From: Eledone cirrhosa
Lineage: Eukaryota
Assembly: GCA_964016885.1 (NCBI GenBank)
Contig: OZ024743.1
Span: forward strand, 237,646,001 to 237,710,000
Reading direction: 5' to 3'
DNA length: 64,000 nt
Within the stretch, counting starts at the first letter, position 1, and each line of letters begins with the position of its first letter. The notes beneath the pieces were generated by a model. That model worked only from the letters and a program-made list of their open reading frames with translations. It did no database searches and was not told where the DNA came from. Below are positions 11,733-24,609 of this stretch, piece by piece. The translations under genes and the position numbers were made by a program.

Positions 11733-12322
11733 GCAGTGCTTTGGTAGTCTCGGTGTAGAGTCGGACACCATAGAGTTACAGCCCTTTACCGTCTCAGTTC
11801 AAATACCGCTCAGGTTTACTTTACCTTTCATCCTTACGGGGTCGATAAAATAAAGTACCAGTAATGTACTGGGGTCCATTTACTTGACTTTCCCCTCCCC
11901 CTAAATTACTGCCTATACTAGAAAACATTATTAAGGCGGTGGATTGGCAGTATCGGTAGAGGGTCGGACACCATGCTTTGAAGCATAGAGTTATGTCCCT
12001 TTATGATCTGAGTTCAAATCCCGCCGAGGTTAACTTTGCCTTTCAACCTTACGGGGTCGATAAAATAAAGTACCAGTAATGTACTAGGTATTTGCTGGCC
12101 TTGTGCCTAAAATAGGAACAATTATTAAGGCGGTGGATTGGCAGTATCGGTAGAAGGTCGGACGCCATGCTTTGACGCATAGAGTTACGGCCCTTGCCAT
12201 TCTGAGTTCAAATCCCGCCGTCTTAACTTTGCCTTTCATCCTGATGGGGGTCGATAAAATAAAGTACCAGTAATGCACTGGGATAATTGCTGGCCTTGTG
12301 CCAAAAGTAGAAATAATTATTA
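11733..12322 (+). mobile_element. Three tandem SINE family A copies
   Basis: Units ~11733-11932, 11934-12127 and 12129-12322, each joined at attatta; absent from duplication copy B. Confidence 0.85.
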
Positions 12323-12817
12323 AGTTGGTATTTCGAACATAACTTAACAAAACTTGGTTTAAAATCGATATTTTTTCTAGGTTGTCTCCGTTGATTTTTT
12401 TAAAAAACCAGAATTAGTCGTTTAGTTTTCATTTTGAGACCCCAACCCATTCTATTTATTTTATAACCTATGAGGTTTCTAGTAATGTACTTTTTTTTGT
12501 CATGTATAATGTTTTTAGTGTCTAAAGAAAATTGTCGCAGGAATGTTGCCACTTAATATAAAATTTAATAAAGGGTAGGGAAGTAAAAATTAATACGGAA
12601 TGTTTATAGATAAATATAAACACTTTAGAATACATTCTTTTATTCTGTAGAACCAGAATAATGTCAGATATCTTCCCCTCCTCTCCTCTCATTTATGGCA
12701 TTTATAGTCCTTTCCAATACTGTTTCCTGTTTTTGTATGTTTGACCAATTTATCGTTATATTTGCTCGTTAAAATTAATCTGTCCATCTGTAAAAGTATA
12801 AAATGAATCAAACCATT

Positions 12818-12995
12818 ATGGCAGTATGAATAGAGGGTCGGACGCCATGCTTTGCAGCATAGAGTTACGGCCCTTTATGGTCTGAGTTCAAATCCCGCCG
12901 TAGTTAACTTTGACTTTCATCCTTACGGGGTCGATAAAATAAAGTACCAGCAATACACTGGATTAATTGCTGGCCTTGTGCCAAAAGTAGAAACA
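12818..12995 (+). mobile_element. SINE family A
   Basis: Head, core and tail; counterpart 24247-24428. Confidence 0.8.
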
Positions 12996-13090
12996 AACTA
13001 TACCGTGGAACCAGGCGGTCTCAGGCGGGTTTCGCATCAAACCGTCACGACATTCGCTCTCCCTGGCTTCCATCTTCTCTCTCTCTCTCA

Positions 13091-13121
<31 letters not shown>

Positions 13122-13304
13122 ACACTCTCTCTCATTCTCTCTGAACCCCCTCTCTCTGTTTATATCCTACCTTCTCTATATTTAACCATTTTATACTAAC
13201 CGGCTAATACCAGTTCTGGTTCTATGAAACAAAAACCATCCATTTAAAAGGTTTCCAATTTAAATTAAAATCTTCCAACATAATTTTATATATGAACCAT
13301 ATGT

Positions 13305-13456
13305 TACTGGCGTCGTTAGAATGTCAGATAGAATGCTTTGTGGTATTCCTTTCGACTCTCTGCTCTCCGAGTTCAAATCCCACTGAGGTCAACTTTGCCT
13401 TTCATCCTTTTTGAGGTCAATAAAAAAGTACCAGTCAAGTACTGTTATCAATTCTT

Positions 13457-13510
<54 letters not shown>

Positions 13511-13800
13511 TCTTTGTGAGAAACTACTAGATCTGGAGAGGAGATGGGCTCCACCAGGTTTTTTTTACTGCCCCAGAAACGCCGAGTATCGAAAGGTTGT
13601 GAGTTCAATTCTCGGACCGGGTGATGTGTTGTTCCCTTGAGCAAGGCACTTTATTTCACGTTGCTCCAGTTTACTCAGCTGTGGAAATGAGATGATAGGA
13701 ATGGGGTCCCTATCATTAAATCACCCAAGACACTTCCAACGAGATATACCTTGGAGGAGGCCAGCTAAACCTGCAGAGGTGTGAGCCGTAACAACAACAA
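13305..13800 (+). mobile_element. SINE A-related variant followed by SINE B with (AAC)n tail
   Basis: gagttcaaatcc...gtcaactttgcctttcatcc (13370-13445); gagttcaattctcggaccggg...cttgagcaaggcacttta (13600-13790). Counterpart 24795-25320. Confidence 0.7.
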
Positions 13801-14139
13801 CAACAACAGAAACGCCATATATCAATGCAACATCTCTACGACACCTTCGGGAGTTAGGGAACCATACATACATAGTAAGTTACTGTCATAGTAATACAAT
13901 AATATATAACTTATTCCAAATTCTTCACTAATTAATTAAAAAAGAATGTATTTCAGTGGAAATGCTGTGACGAAATGGTGAAGATATTTGTAAACCGTCA
14001 AGACAGCCCCCCCCCCCCTTCTCACCCTTGAATCGGAAATAAAAATAAATAAAAAAGAAGTGGAAGGAGGGTGGTAAGTTTCTTGTCTAAAGATTTGTGA
14101 CAGCTGTGACTGCTGCTGTTAATGATAGCTTTGTAGGCA

Positions 14140-14440
14140 ATGGGTGGTGGTGATGATGGAGGTGGTGGTAGTGGTGGTGGTGTGTGGTAGTGGTGTTGGT
14201 GGTGGTGATGGTGGTGGTGGTGTTGGTGGTGGTGGTTGTGGTGGCGGTGGTGGTGGTAGTGGTGTTGATGGTGATGGTACTGGTGGTGGTGGTGGTGGTA
14301 GTGGTGGTGATGGTGGTGGTGATGGTGGGGGTAGTGGTGGTGATGGTCGTGGTGGTAGTGGCACTGGTGGTGGTGGTGTTGGTAGTGGTGGTGATGGTGG
14401 TGCTGGTGCTGGTGTAGTAGTAGTAGTAGTAGTAGTAGTA
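14140..14440. repeat. (GGT)n/(GTA)n compound microsatellite
   Basis: Direct reading. Confidence 0.95.
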
Positions 14441-14720
14441 ACACTGGAGGTTCTGTTCTGGTCTATATTTATTGTTGAGTCTATTGAATCAGTAAAATAT
14501 TTTCACGTCTTTGTGTCTTTGTTTGTCTTTGTATGTGTGTGTATGTTTGCGTGTGTGCGCGCGCGTGTGTGTGTATGTTTGTATGTGTGTGTGTGTATGT
14601 TTTTGAGTGTGTATGTTTGTGTATGTGTATGTTTGTGAGTGTGTGTATGTGTGTGTGTCGTGGAATAGGGATGCAAGTGGGCGTGGTAGCTGGCTATATG
14701 CACTTCGGTGTATGTATACC

Positions 14721-14751
<31 letters not shown>

Positions 14752-15011
14752 TAGCGAGGTTTTTTATATGAAATCGTGTGTCGAAACAGATATTGTTATA
14801 CTTGGGGAGGGTCATATTTGCGTAATATTGCCAGAATTAATAACAGAACACACTCACTGTTTGGTTGGTTTTCGCTTCTCGCTGTCTTTTATATCTGCGA
14901 TCTAACTTACTCGGTCCTCAATGTTGCCATTGACTGACCGACGGTCAAAAATAATACAGATACAATATAGACACAAACACATATATATAGTTTACATAAT
15001 TTACATAAATC

Positions 15012-15039
15012 TTTCGTTGCACATCTGCAACATCGTCAG
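15012..15039 (-). ncRNA. Hammerhead-like core in PLE pLTR
   Basis: Minus strand CTGACGA-T-GTTGCA-gatg-TGCAAC-GAAA. Confidence 0.55.
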
Positions 15040-15303
15040 TGGTGTTATATTTTTTTTTCCTCCTGTTGTGTTGTATGTCTACGCCATTTTTTATTCAGTC
15101 TGTCTATATATTTATTTATTTATTTGCTTGTTTGTTTATTTTATTTTGTCTTCTTTGCGCACGCGTTTGCGTGTGTGTATAGTGTTATGTGTGCTGTGTG
15201 ACTAGTGTGTATAGTGTTGTGTCTGCTGGGTGACTAGTGTGTGTTTATGTGCTTGTTGTTATTGTGCTTGTGTACGTATTTATTTATCTTATTTTATTTT
15301 ATT

Positions 15304-15335
<32 letters not shown>

Positions 15336-15338
<3 letters not shown>

Positions 15339-16247
15339 TACTTCTCTTAGGTCAGTGTTGTTTGTTTGGGTGTTGTTGTTGTTCCACTCATTCTTTCTGT
15401 TTAGCTTTGGTCTTCTAATTTCTATTTCACTGGCCTCTCTGATTTGCCTATCTGCTGGGTCATTCCTATGTTTAGATATTATTCTAATTTCTATGTTGTC
15501 TATGTTACCGTCATGTTGTTGTCTAGCATGTTCGTATAGTACTGACCCGTTTTTTCGTCCTTTTAGTTCCCCCCAGTGCTGGTCTATCCTTTTACCTATG
15601 CTACGAGTTGTCTCACCTATGTATGTTGTTGTCATGTTTCTGCAAGTACCCTCTGTACATCTTATGCTATAGACTACGTTTCTAGTTTTACAGTTTATCC
15701 GGGGGTTCACCTTACATATGATACATTTCCTATTGGTACAGTGGGTTTTCTTAAAAGGGTAGGTTTTGCTGATCAGGGATTTTATGGTGGTTCCTGGCTT
15801 TTCTACCACCTTTATTTTTAGATGGGTCTTTCTCAGGGCCTTTCTACACTGGTTAGCTAATTTCCCTCCAGGGGTGGCGTCCACAAACATGATACTCTGA
15901 TATCTCTGGTTGTCGTACCATGATGTGGCCTTCCCTATCTTATGTCTAGCCCTATCTAAGCTATTCCATGATTTGCTCCTGTATAGTGGGCAAATTCCTT
16001 TCATGTCCAGTTCTATGAGGGTCTTATACTTTTCCATGGCTCCTTCGTATACTCTGACTCTGTCTCTTTGGTTGTAGCCAGAGAACTGCAGGCGGTTGAT
16101 GAAGTGTTGGATGTGTCCTTCCATTTCTGTTGGGTCGCACATGCTGGACACATTCTTCATCACTCGTACCAAATCTGCGATCAGAATATTAAACTTAGCA
16201 CTACTGGACATTGCTGAGTTTTTGAGTATCAGGTATTTGGAGGCCAT
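15336..16247 (-). CDS. PLE polyprotein C-terminal part (RT thumb, Cys-rich linker, GIY-YIG endonuclease)
   Basis: FINRLQFSGY, CxxxxCxxC...C linker, RNVVYSIRC...C...YIGETTRSIGKRIDQH, RQIREASEI...PKLN. Confidence 0.85.
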
Positions 16248-16383
16248 GGGTTTAGCATAGTGTGAGTGGCCTCCAAATACCTGATACTCAAAAACTCAGC
16301 AATGTCCAGTAGTGCTAAGTTTAATATTCTGATCGCAGATTTGGTACAAGTAATGAAGAATGTGTCCAGCATGTGCGACCCAA

Positions 16384-17097
16384 CATCCTTAGCATTCTCG
16401 TGTAGCACCCATCCACCATCTGAGTGAGCTTCTTGGCCAGTGTCCAAGTCTCAGACCCGTATAGCCCTACAGACTCAACTACATCAACGAAGAGACGGAT
16501 CTTCAGGTCTTTACGAAGGTCCGACTTCCACACCGATCTCAAACTGTGGCAGGCCGCCCAGGCTTTGCTCTTCCTCTCGACTACAACTTCTGTATTCCCA
16601 ATCTTTGCTCCCAAATACAGGAAGTCCATCAACCAATTCTAGCGGCTTCCCGCCTACATTAGTAATCTTCTCTGGCTTTTTAACATTCTCTACTAGATAC
16701 TTCGGCTTAATCTCATTCATTCTCAGCCCCACACTCATCAACACAGTCTCCACCTCTTGCATCAACGCCTTTGCCTCCTTCACTGTGTTTGTCTCCAAAA
16801 CTATGTCGTCAGCAAATTCAGCATCCGATATATTTTTCGCCTCAACTCTCCTGCTCTGAGTCAGTGTTACAGTAAAGCCAGAGTCCTGGTGTTTCTCCAC
16901 TGCGATGATGAAAAGGTAAGGAACCAATGTATCTCCCTGGAGCACTCTAGCCAGTATCTCAAAGAACTCCGTCATCCCATCAGGTGTAATGACTTGGGCT
17001 TTGGTGTTGGTGTAGAGCAGTGATATCAGGTCCACTATCTTCTTGGGGATCCCATAAGCCTGTAAGATCTTCATCAGGCAGTGACGGTCCACAGAAT
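16384..17097 (-). mobile_element. RTE-clade LINE fragment (duplicate of 5891-6625)
   Basis: ORFs 16511-17122 and 16321-16632 carry the same RT motifs. Confidence 0.85.
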
Positions 17098-17105
17098 CTA
17101 TATAT

Positions 17106-17598
17106 ATATTGATGCAATTCAATTCAAGTACTCAACGCATTTTTCCACATAGGAGTGACGGAGTATATTTAGAATAAGAAAATGCGAAGTAGTTTCAGAT
17201 GTTAAAGTCCTTTATTGATAATGCTGTGATACATATTTCACTGACGATAGTGGCCACACTCTTCGGTGTACCCAGTGCCATGACATCATCAGACAGCTTC
17301 TTATATAATAAGGTTTTGTTCCCGAGGCAATCCAAATTGAATCGACAAGGAAACGGACAAAGCGGGTGTTCTTGAATCCTTCGCCCGTTCCCTTGTTATG
17401 TAAGAAGCTGTCTGATGATGTCACGACACTGGGTACACGGAATCGTGTGGCCACTGTCGTCATTAAAATATGTATCACAGCATTACCATTAAAAGACTTT
17501 AACATCTGAAACTACTTCACATTTCTTATTCTAAATATACTCCGTCACTCCTATGTGGAAAAAGGACGTTGAGTGCTTGATTTGAATTGCATCAATAT
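17106..17598. repeat. Fold-back element P4, duplicate copy
   Basis: Matches 6635-7127. Confidence 0.85.
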
Positions 17599-17607
17599 TT
17601 ACATTAA

Positions 17608-17716
<109 letters not shown>

Positions 17717-18529
17717 CGTGCGCGCGCGCGTGTGCGCGCGTGCGTGTGTGTGTGTGTATGTGTGTGTGTATAACAAAATTTGTTTTCGCTCTAACATGGT
17801 GGATACCTAAATGTGAATAATAATAATAATAGTAATATGATAATAAGAGTTACGACCTCTAACGAATTAAGTTCAAATCCCGCCGAGGTTAGCTTTGCCT
17901 TTCATCCTTACGGTGTCGATAAAATAAAGTACCAGTAATGTACTGAGTAATTGCTGGGCTTCTGCCAAAAGTAGAAACAATTATTAATATTTGGTTTTTA
18001 TGCAAGTAAACAGCCTCATTAACATCATGTGTGTGTTTTCTAGATGACCACATCAGCCTATTGCACCAGCGGTGGCTGGGAGAAAACAGTCGACAATTGT
18101 TTCAGAGTTGTTGCTCCTTATCGAGACAATGTATCCTCGTCGCAGCTACCCCTTGCAACATAGTATATATATATAAGAAGACGCGTGGTTTAGTAGGTGT
18201 TCGGCTCTAGATAGAAAGGTCATTAGTTAGATTCCCGGTGTCCTTCAGCAAGACACTTTATTTCGCGTTGCTTTAGTCCACTGTACCAATAATTCGAAGA
18301 GCTCATATATATATATTGCCTGGGTAGGTAAAATAATATCGGCTTTGATGAAAAGGTGTTGATCTTAGCGACTGCTTCTCGATGACTCATCTATGGCCAC
18401 ACACAGGCCATGCGGGGGAGGGTGGTGATGACCTCTATCACTGAGAAACGCGGGCGACTGACGAAGGGGCATGCTGGGGCAGGGAGGTAATGATATCTAA
18501 CACTAAGTCAAATCTCCTCACGCTACTTG

Positions 18530-19479
18530 ATTGGAATCCGATGAATTCTCAAATATACAACTAAAAGCTCAGACGACGTCAGTGGCCATCGTTTTGCCTT
18601 TGACATTCTATAAGATGTGCAATGATAGGTTCTATCGTAGTATAAAAGTTGAGCCAAATAAATTGATTTATGTGTGAGATGGAGCCGAATTTTCGAATTT
18701 CAACGAAATCGGTTGAAAAATGTGGGAGCTAATGATAGGTCGCCGTCACTGAACAAAAAATGCAAAGTGTAAAGCTACTATAAGATGTGCAATGATAGGT
18801 TCTATCGTAGTATAAAAGTTGAACAAAATAAATTGATTTATGTGTGAAGTAGAGCCAAAGTTTCGAATTTGATTTGAACGAAATCGGTTGAAAAATGTGG
18901 GCGCTAGAGCCGATAAGGCGGAAATTTGAGCGAAAAGGTGGTATTTTCGAATATTTAAGCGGCTGCCACGCCGTTCCTGAAAAAAAAAAATCCAAAATGT
19001 AAAGCCACTTTAAGGCGTGAAATAATCAGATCTAGCGTAGTGTAAAATTTGAACAAAGTAGGTTGGTTAATGTGGTAGCTAGAGCCGAAAAAGTGGAAAT
19101 TTGAGTCTAAAAGTAGTATTTTTGAATATTTAAGCGGCTGCTACGCCCTCCTTGAATAACAAATGCAAAATATAACGCCATTACAGGATGTGCAATGATA
19201 AATTCTATTTTGCTTTAAAATTTGAACGAAATCGGTGGTCAAATGTGGGAGCTAGAGCCAAAAATCTTATTTTTCGATACCTTAAAAAAAGGTGACCTCC
19301 CCTATCGATTTTTATCTGCAGAATGACCCCAGAAAAAAAGACGATACGCTGATATATAGAAAACACTCCCCGATGACTAATCTATGAGCCTGTAAAGTTT
19401 CATGAAAATCGGTCGTAAGATGTAGGCCCCTATAGGTAATGCACAGACACACAGACACACACACACACATACCTAATTT

Positions 19480-19490
<11 letters not shown>
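18530..19490 (-). mobile_element. Helitron/Helentron-like element, duplicate copy with extra subrepeats
   Basis: Matches 7965-8690. Confidence 0.5.
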
Positions 19491-19556
<66 letters not shown>

Positions 19557-19910
19557 TGAGTTATTTGGTTTGTTGATTATTCAACAAAGTTAATTTATAA
19601 CAGATTAGAAGCACTCAACGGTATTTTTCGGAGTATAATTAATATCAATAATATTAATAAATGGAAAATATCTTTATAAAACGAGTTTTAACGTTATCCT
19701 CATTAGCATATTTATCCTGAATTTTGAAAGTGTATTCACTATTTTCAATGAACTTATAACATAGAGTTCATATGAAGATATGTCACTATCTTTAAACCAA
19801 ATATTGTAATTTATCTGACGAAAGCGTACTAAATAGTGGTACCCTTGAAATATGTATAATAAAATAAATATGGTTTTATAAAGATATTTTCCATTTATTA
19901 ATATTATTGG

Positions 19911-19946
<36 letters not shown>

Positions 19947-19964
19947 TAGGATACCTTCTTCCAC

Positions 19965-20262
19965 AAATAACTATGGTTTCGCACCTAGAAAGTCCCCCTC
20001 CGAGGTACAAGCCTGGGCAAGGTATGTTTGTGGAAGACCAGCAGTGACCCATGCAAACCAGTTCCTCCTCTCCCCGCCACCGATATTGTGCAAGAGAAAG
20101 GCAATGGCTGATACAGCTTGGTACCAGTGATGTCATAACTCATTTCTACAGCTGAGTGAACTGGTGCAACGTGAAATAAAGTGTCTTGCTCAAGTATACA
20201 GCGCACTGCCGGGTCCAGAATTGAAACTAACGACTTTACGATTGTGAGCTGAACGCTCAAAT
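19965..20262 (-). mobile_element. SINE family B variant, duplicate
   Basis: Matches 8960-9258. Confidence 0.75.
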
Positions 20263-20371
20263 CGTCAGAACCAATCCATTAGCAGAGTAGGATGGACAGA
20301 GAAATGAACTCTCTTCTCTGAATGAACATGTATGTGAAAATTAATTTTTTTCCCTCTCTACTTTATTATTA

Positions 20372-20808
20372 TCAAGTTTCACCTGGAAAGGAAGGTGAGG
20401 GTGGAGAGAGAAGTGCTGCCCCCAGTACATTTGCTAAAAGGTGGATGAATGTGGCGAGAATGGCCCGTGTGAATGGGCCTACTCTGACCATGCGCTTATA
20501 GGCTAGCTAATTTGAGGAGGAGAGGAGTGCTCTCTCCCTGGGTGCCCTAGAAGCGCAGGGTGGTTCAGGATTAGTGGGGTACCCGAGTCACCCCTGAGTC
20601 GTCCACCCCCTATAGGGAAATTTATTTTGTTATATTTATGCATAGTTTATTTTATATTTTTATATCTTCATTGTTAAATTAGTGTTGCCATTGTGCACTT
20701 TTACTCGACCTTATTGTAAACCCCCCACTGTCTGCGTCTTTGTATTGTCCCCTACATGTCGGCCCTTGTGGCCAATAAATGAAATCATTATCATTATTAT
20801 TATTATTT
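20372..20808 (+). mobile_element. L1/Tx1-like 3' end, duplicate
   Basis: Matches 9368-9800. Confidence 0.55.
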
Positions 20809-20816
20809 TCACTATT

Positions 20817-21014
20817 TGGATTGGCAGTATCGGTGGATTGGCAGTATCGGTAGAGGGTCGGACGCCATGCTTTCCAGCATAGTTACGTCCCTTTACGATC
20901 TGAGTTCAAATCCCGCCGAGGTTGACTTTGCCTTTCATCCTTACGGGGTCGATAAAATAAAGAACCAGTAATGCACTGGGTAATTGCTGGCCTTGTGCCT
21001 AAAGTAGAAACAAT
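20817..21014 (+). mobile_element. SINE family A insertion specific to copy B, with TSD
   Basis: Flanked by attattattttcactatttg on both sides; empty site at ~9793-9812. Confidence 0.9.
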
Positions 21015-21227
21015 TATTATTTTCACTATTTGTTCAAATATGCAACTGAATAATATTCTGCATATCCGCAATTGACAATGCATTTAATGCTGAAACCGGT
21101 ATTGTAAATAAATTAATGTTTTGATATTTCACTGAATAAATCTCTTCAACATTTTCTACTGAAAAATTCTTTTTCCTTTCTACTATTTGTTTTTATATAC
21201 AACAACTCGTGTGTTATCTTCCTACAT

Positions 21228-21288
<61 letters not shown>

Positions 21289-21290
21289 TA

Positions 21291-21856
21291 AAAAGTATGT
21301 CCATAGAATCATTTGATAATATATATACACCATTTCCTCTCCCAATTAGCATAATAAACCACACAAAAAAAACAATTAAACCAGGCTATAAGATTAAAAC
21401 GCACCTATGAATAAATAGTAGATAAATAAACGACACCAATCTATTCGCGATCAACCGCTATAGAACATTTACCCAACATTTCAATAGCACGTGGAAATCG
21501 ATTAAATATACCGTCACCCATACACAATTAGGTATAAAATTAAAGTTAGAAGAAAAAATGCATATACACATACCAGGATTACGTTTCTACACTTAGGGTT
21601 TCGTTCGCTTTCGGAAATATCTCATCAAGGATAAATTCTCGAGCTTCGAACTCATCAGGAAAGAAACTCACTTGGACAAAGATATTTCTTAAATGATCCC
21701 CACCAGAAATATATATATATATATGATTTATTTTCTTTTGGTCGTTTTGGAAGCCTCAACAATGCAGATGGGTAAGTCTCTGGGTAACAGGATCCGGTGG
21801 TGAAGAGAGAGATAATCTTATTATTCCACAATGTTTCAAGCAAACTTCAGTACTCT

Positions 21857-21904
<48 letters not shown>

Positions 21905-22470
21905 TATGACAAGTTAGTATGTTTTGAAATAGTGAGCGAGATTGAAATTAGAAAAATAGAATAGCTTTCACCGTATTTTTGTCTAAAGAAATTTTAGCCT
22001 GATAATGGTGTTTAGAACCCTCAAATAAATGGAAAAAGATGAGTATTGACGTCAATACTCATCTAAGAATAGTGACGTAGCAGTGGTCAAGTCAGAAAGA
22101 ATTTGATTGGTTGCTTATGGCGAGTGGGCTGGTTGCTAGAAAGCGCAGCCCAATATTGCCCAAGTTGCATCTCAATCTAATGGGAGATTATTAAATATAA
22201 AGATTTACATATATACCAACTAGACAAAGTCACAGATATATATGTTTTTGTTTTGGCAACCATTTACGATGTGGCTCAATGATGAATTAATAAATTAAAT
22301 AATCAGAGCAATATACTATAAAGTATGTCCATAGAATCATTTGATAATATATATACACCATTTCCTCTTCCAATTAGCATAATTAACCACATAAAAAAAA
22401 CAATTAGACCAGGCTATAAGATTAAAAGGCACCTATGACGAAATAGTAGATAAATAAACGACAGCAATCT
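21291..22470 (-). mobile_element. Hammerhead-bearing non-coding element (family P5), interrupted at ~21711-22062, with partial tandem 3' copy (22320-22470)
   Basis: 21291-21450 repeats at 22320-22470; 21291-21710 plus 22065-22165 are the reverse complement of 22530-23060. Confidence 0.7.
21584..21662 (-). ncRNA. Type I hammerhead ribozyme with long stem II
   Basis: TTTC-CTGATGA-GTTCG...CGAAC-GAAAC-cctaagt-GTA-GAAA. Confidence 0.7.
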
Positions 22471-22529
22471 CTTCATATTTATATGTATATACACTTTAAA
22501 TTTTATATACTCCCGTAAGGTTGAGTAAA

Positions 22530-23060
22530 ACTTTAGGCAGTATTCGGCTGCGCTTTCTAGAAACCAGCCTACTCACCGACAGGCACCAATCACAAACTTT
22601 CTGCCTTGACCACTGGCCACGTGATGATTCTTAGCCATTTTGAATTCGTTTCTGGCGGGGATCATGGTAGAAAAATCTTTGTCCAATTGAGTTATCTCCT
22701 GATGAGTGCCAAACCTCGTTGATTTATCCAAGACCGGATATATCCAAAAAGTGAACGAAACTGCTGGGTGGTAGAGATATTATGAAGATTTTGGTAAAGT
22801 TTATGTACATTTTTTCTTCTAACTTTGATTTTGTTCCTAATTATGTGTAGTTAACTATATGTCTAGTCAATTTCTACAGGCTAATAGAAATACTAGGTAA
22901 ATTTTGTGTAGCTGTAAGTCGCGGATAAGAAGCTATATCATTTGTCTATTATTTCTTCATAAGTACATTTTAAACTTATAGCCTCGTTTAAATGATTTAT
23001 ACCGATTGGGAGGAGAAATACTGTATATATTATATCTAATGATTCTTTGGACTTACTTTT
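22530..23060 (+). mobile_element. Family P5 element, diverged inverted copy, ending in (TA)n
   Basis: ccaatcac and gccattttg (CCAAT- and YY1-like) motifs upstream of a hammerhead. Confidence 0.7.
22693..22779 (+). ncRNA. Type I hammerhead ribozyme with long stem II
   Basis: TATCTC-CTGATGA-GT...AC-GAAAC-TGC-tgg-GTG-GTA-GAGATA: 6-bp stem I, GUA cleavage triplet; stem II more decayed than in the other copy. Confidence 0.7.
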
Positions 23061-24246
23061 ATATATATATATACACGCGGACACACACATATATGAGTGT
23101 CGGCTGAAAAGTTCATAGCCTGTCCAAGATTCTCTCATGGAATGACCAAATGGGGTTTATTTTCCAGTCCCTGGAAAGAAACACTACAGTTGTTTTCCTT
23201 CCAACAGTGGAATATTGCGAGGAAAGTAAATGGCGTAAACTCTCCTTGGTAGTTTACCATTCCTCCCATCACAACCCTCTCTCACCCTCCACATCTCTTC
23301 CCCCTCTCTCACCCTCCCCATCTCTTCCCTCTCTCTCACCATCCCAATCTCTTCCTCCTCTCTCCCCTCTCTCTCTTCCCCAACTCCCCCTTTCTCTCTT
23401 CCCCAACTCCCCTCCCCCTCTTCCCCAACTCCTCTCTCTCTTCCCCCAACCCTCCTCTCATTCCCCAACTCCCCTCTCTCTTCCCCAACTCCCCCTCTCT
23501 TCCCCAACTCCCCTCTTTCTCCCCCAACTCCCCCTCCCTCACTATATCTTCCTCTCTACATGTCTCAGTCCTCCCCCTCCCTCACTATATCCCCCTCTCT
23601 ACATGTCTCAGTCCTCCTCCTCTCCCCACAGTACACCCTTCATTACTATATTATCAATGACTGCCTCTCATTGATAATATAGTAATGAATGGTATTTCGA
23701 ACATAACTTAACAAAACTTCTTAAATTAAATATTCTATATTCTCGGGTCCCAAATAATGGTAGGGGGCAGGGATAAGCGGGGTTTAAAATCGATAATTTT
23801 TCTAGGTTGTCTCCGTTGATTTAAAAAACAAAACAGAATTAGTCGTTTAGTTTTCATATTGAGACACCAACCCATCCTATTTATTTTATAACCTATGGGG
23901 TTTCTAGTAATGTACTTTTTTTTGTCATGTATAATGTTTTTTAGTGTCTAAAGAAAATTGTCGCAGGAATGCTGCCACTTAATATAAAATTTAATAAACG
24001 GTAGGGAAGTAAAAATTAATACGGAATGTTTATAGATAAATATAAACACTTTAGAATACATTCTTTTATTCTGTAGAACCAGAATAATGTCAGATATCTT
24101 CCCCTCCTCTCCTCTCATTTATGGCATTTATAGTCCTTTCCAATACTGTTTCCTGTTTTTGTATGTTTGACCAATTTATCGTTATATTTGCTCGTTAAAA
24201 TTAATCTGTCCATCTGTAAAAGAAAAAAAATAAATCAAACTATTAT

Positions 24247-24567
24247 GGCAGTATGAATAGAGGGTCGGACGCCATGCTTTGCAGCATAGAGTTACGGCCC
24301 TTTATGGTCTGAGTTCAAATCCCGCCGAGGTTAACTTTGCCTTTCATCTTTACGAGGTCGATAAAATAAAGTACCAGTAATACACTGGATTAATTGCTGG
24401 CCTTGTGCCAAAAGTAGAAACAATTATTAGTAAATCCTTAGTGAGATTTCATAAACTATACCGTGGAACCAGGCGGTCTCAGGCGGGTTTCGCATCAAAC
24501 AGGATAATCTATTTATAAATAAACTGTCACGACATTCGCTCTCCCTGGCTTCCATCTTCTCTCTCTC

Positions 24568-24609
<42 letters not shown>

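Larger units (their letters stand above)
14752..16385 (-). mobile_element. 5'-truncated Penelope-like element: RT thumb + GIY-YIG, pLTR with hammerhead core, 5' inverted repeat
   Basis: ORF 15336-16247; pLTR 14752-15050 matches family P2; inverted repeat 16128-16246/16267-16385. Confidence 0.85.

Noticed and set aside
12630-12795. Possible minus-strand host exon after a ttttacag acceptor-like site
   Set aside because: Stops in all three frames and no recognisable protein.
14022-14638. His-rich, Gly-rich and Pro-rich ORFs
   Set aside because: (GGT)n microsatellite translations; the repeat is much shorter in the duplicate copy.
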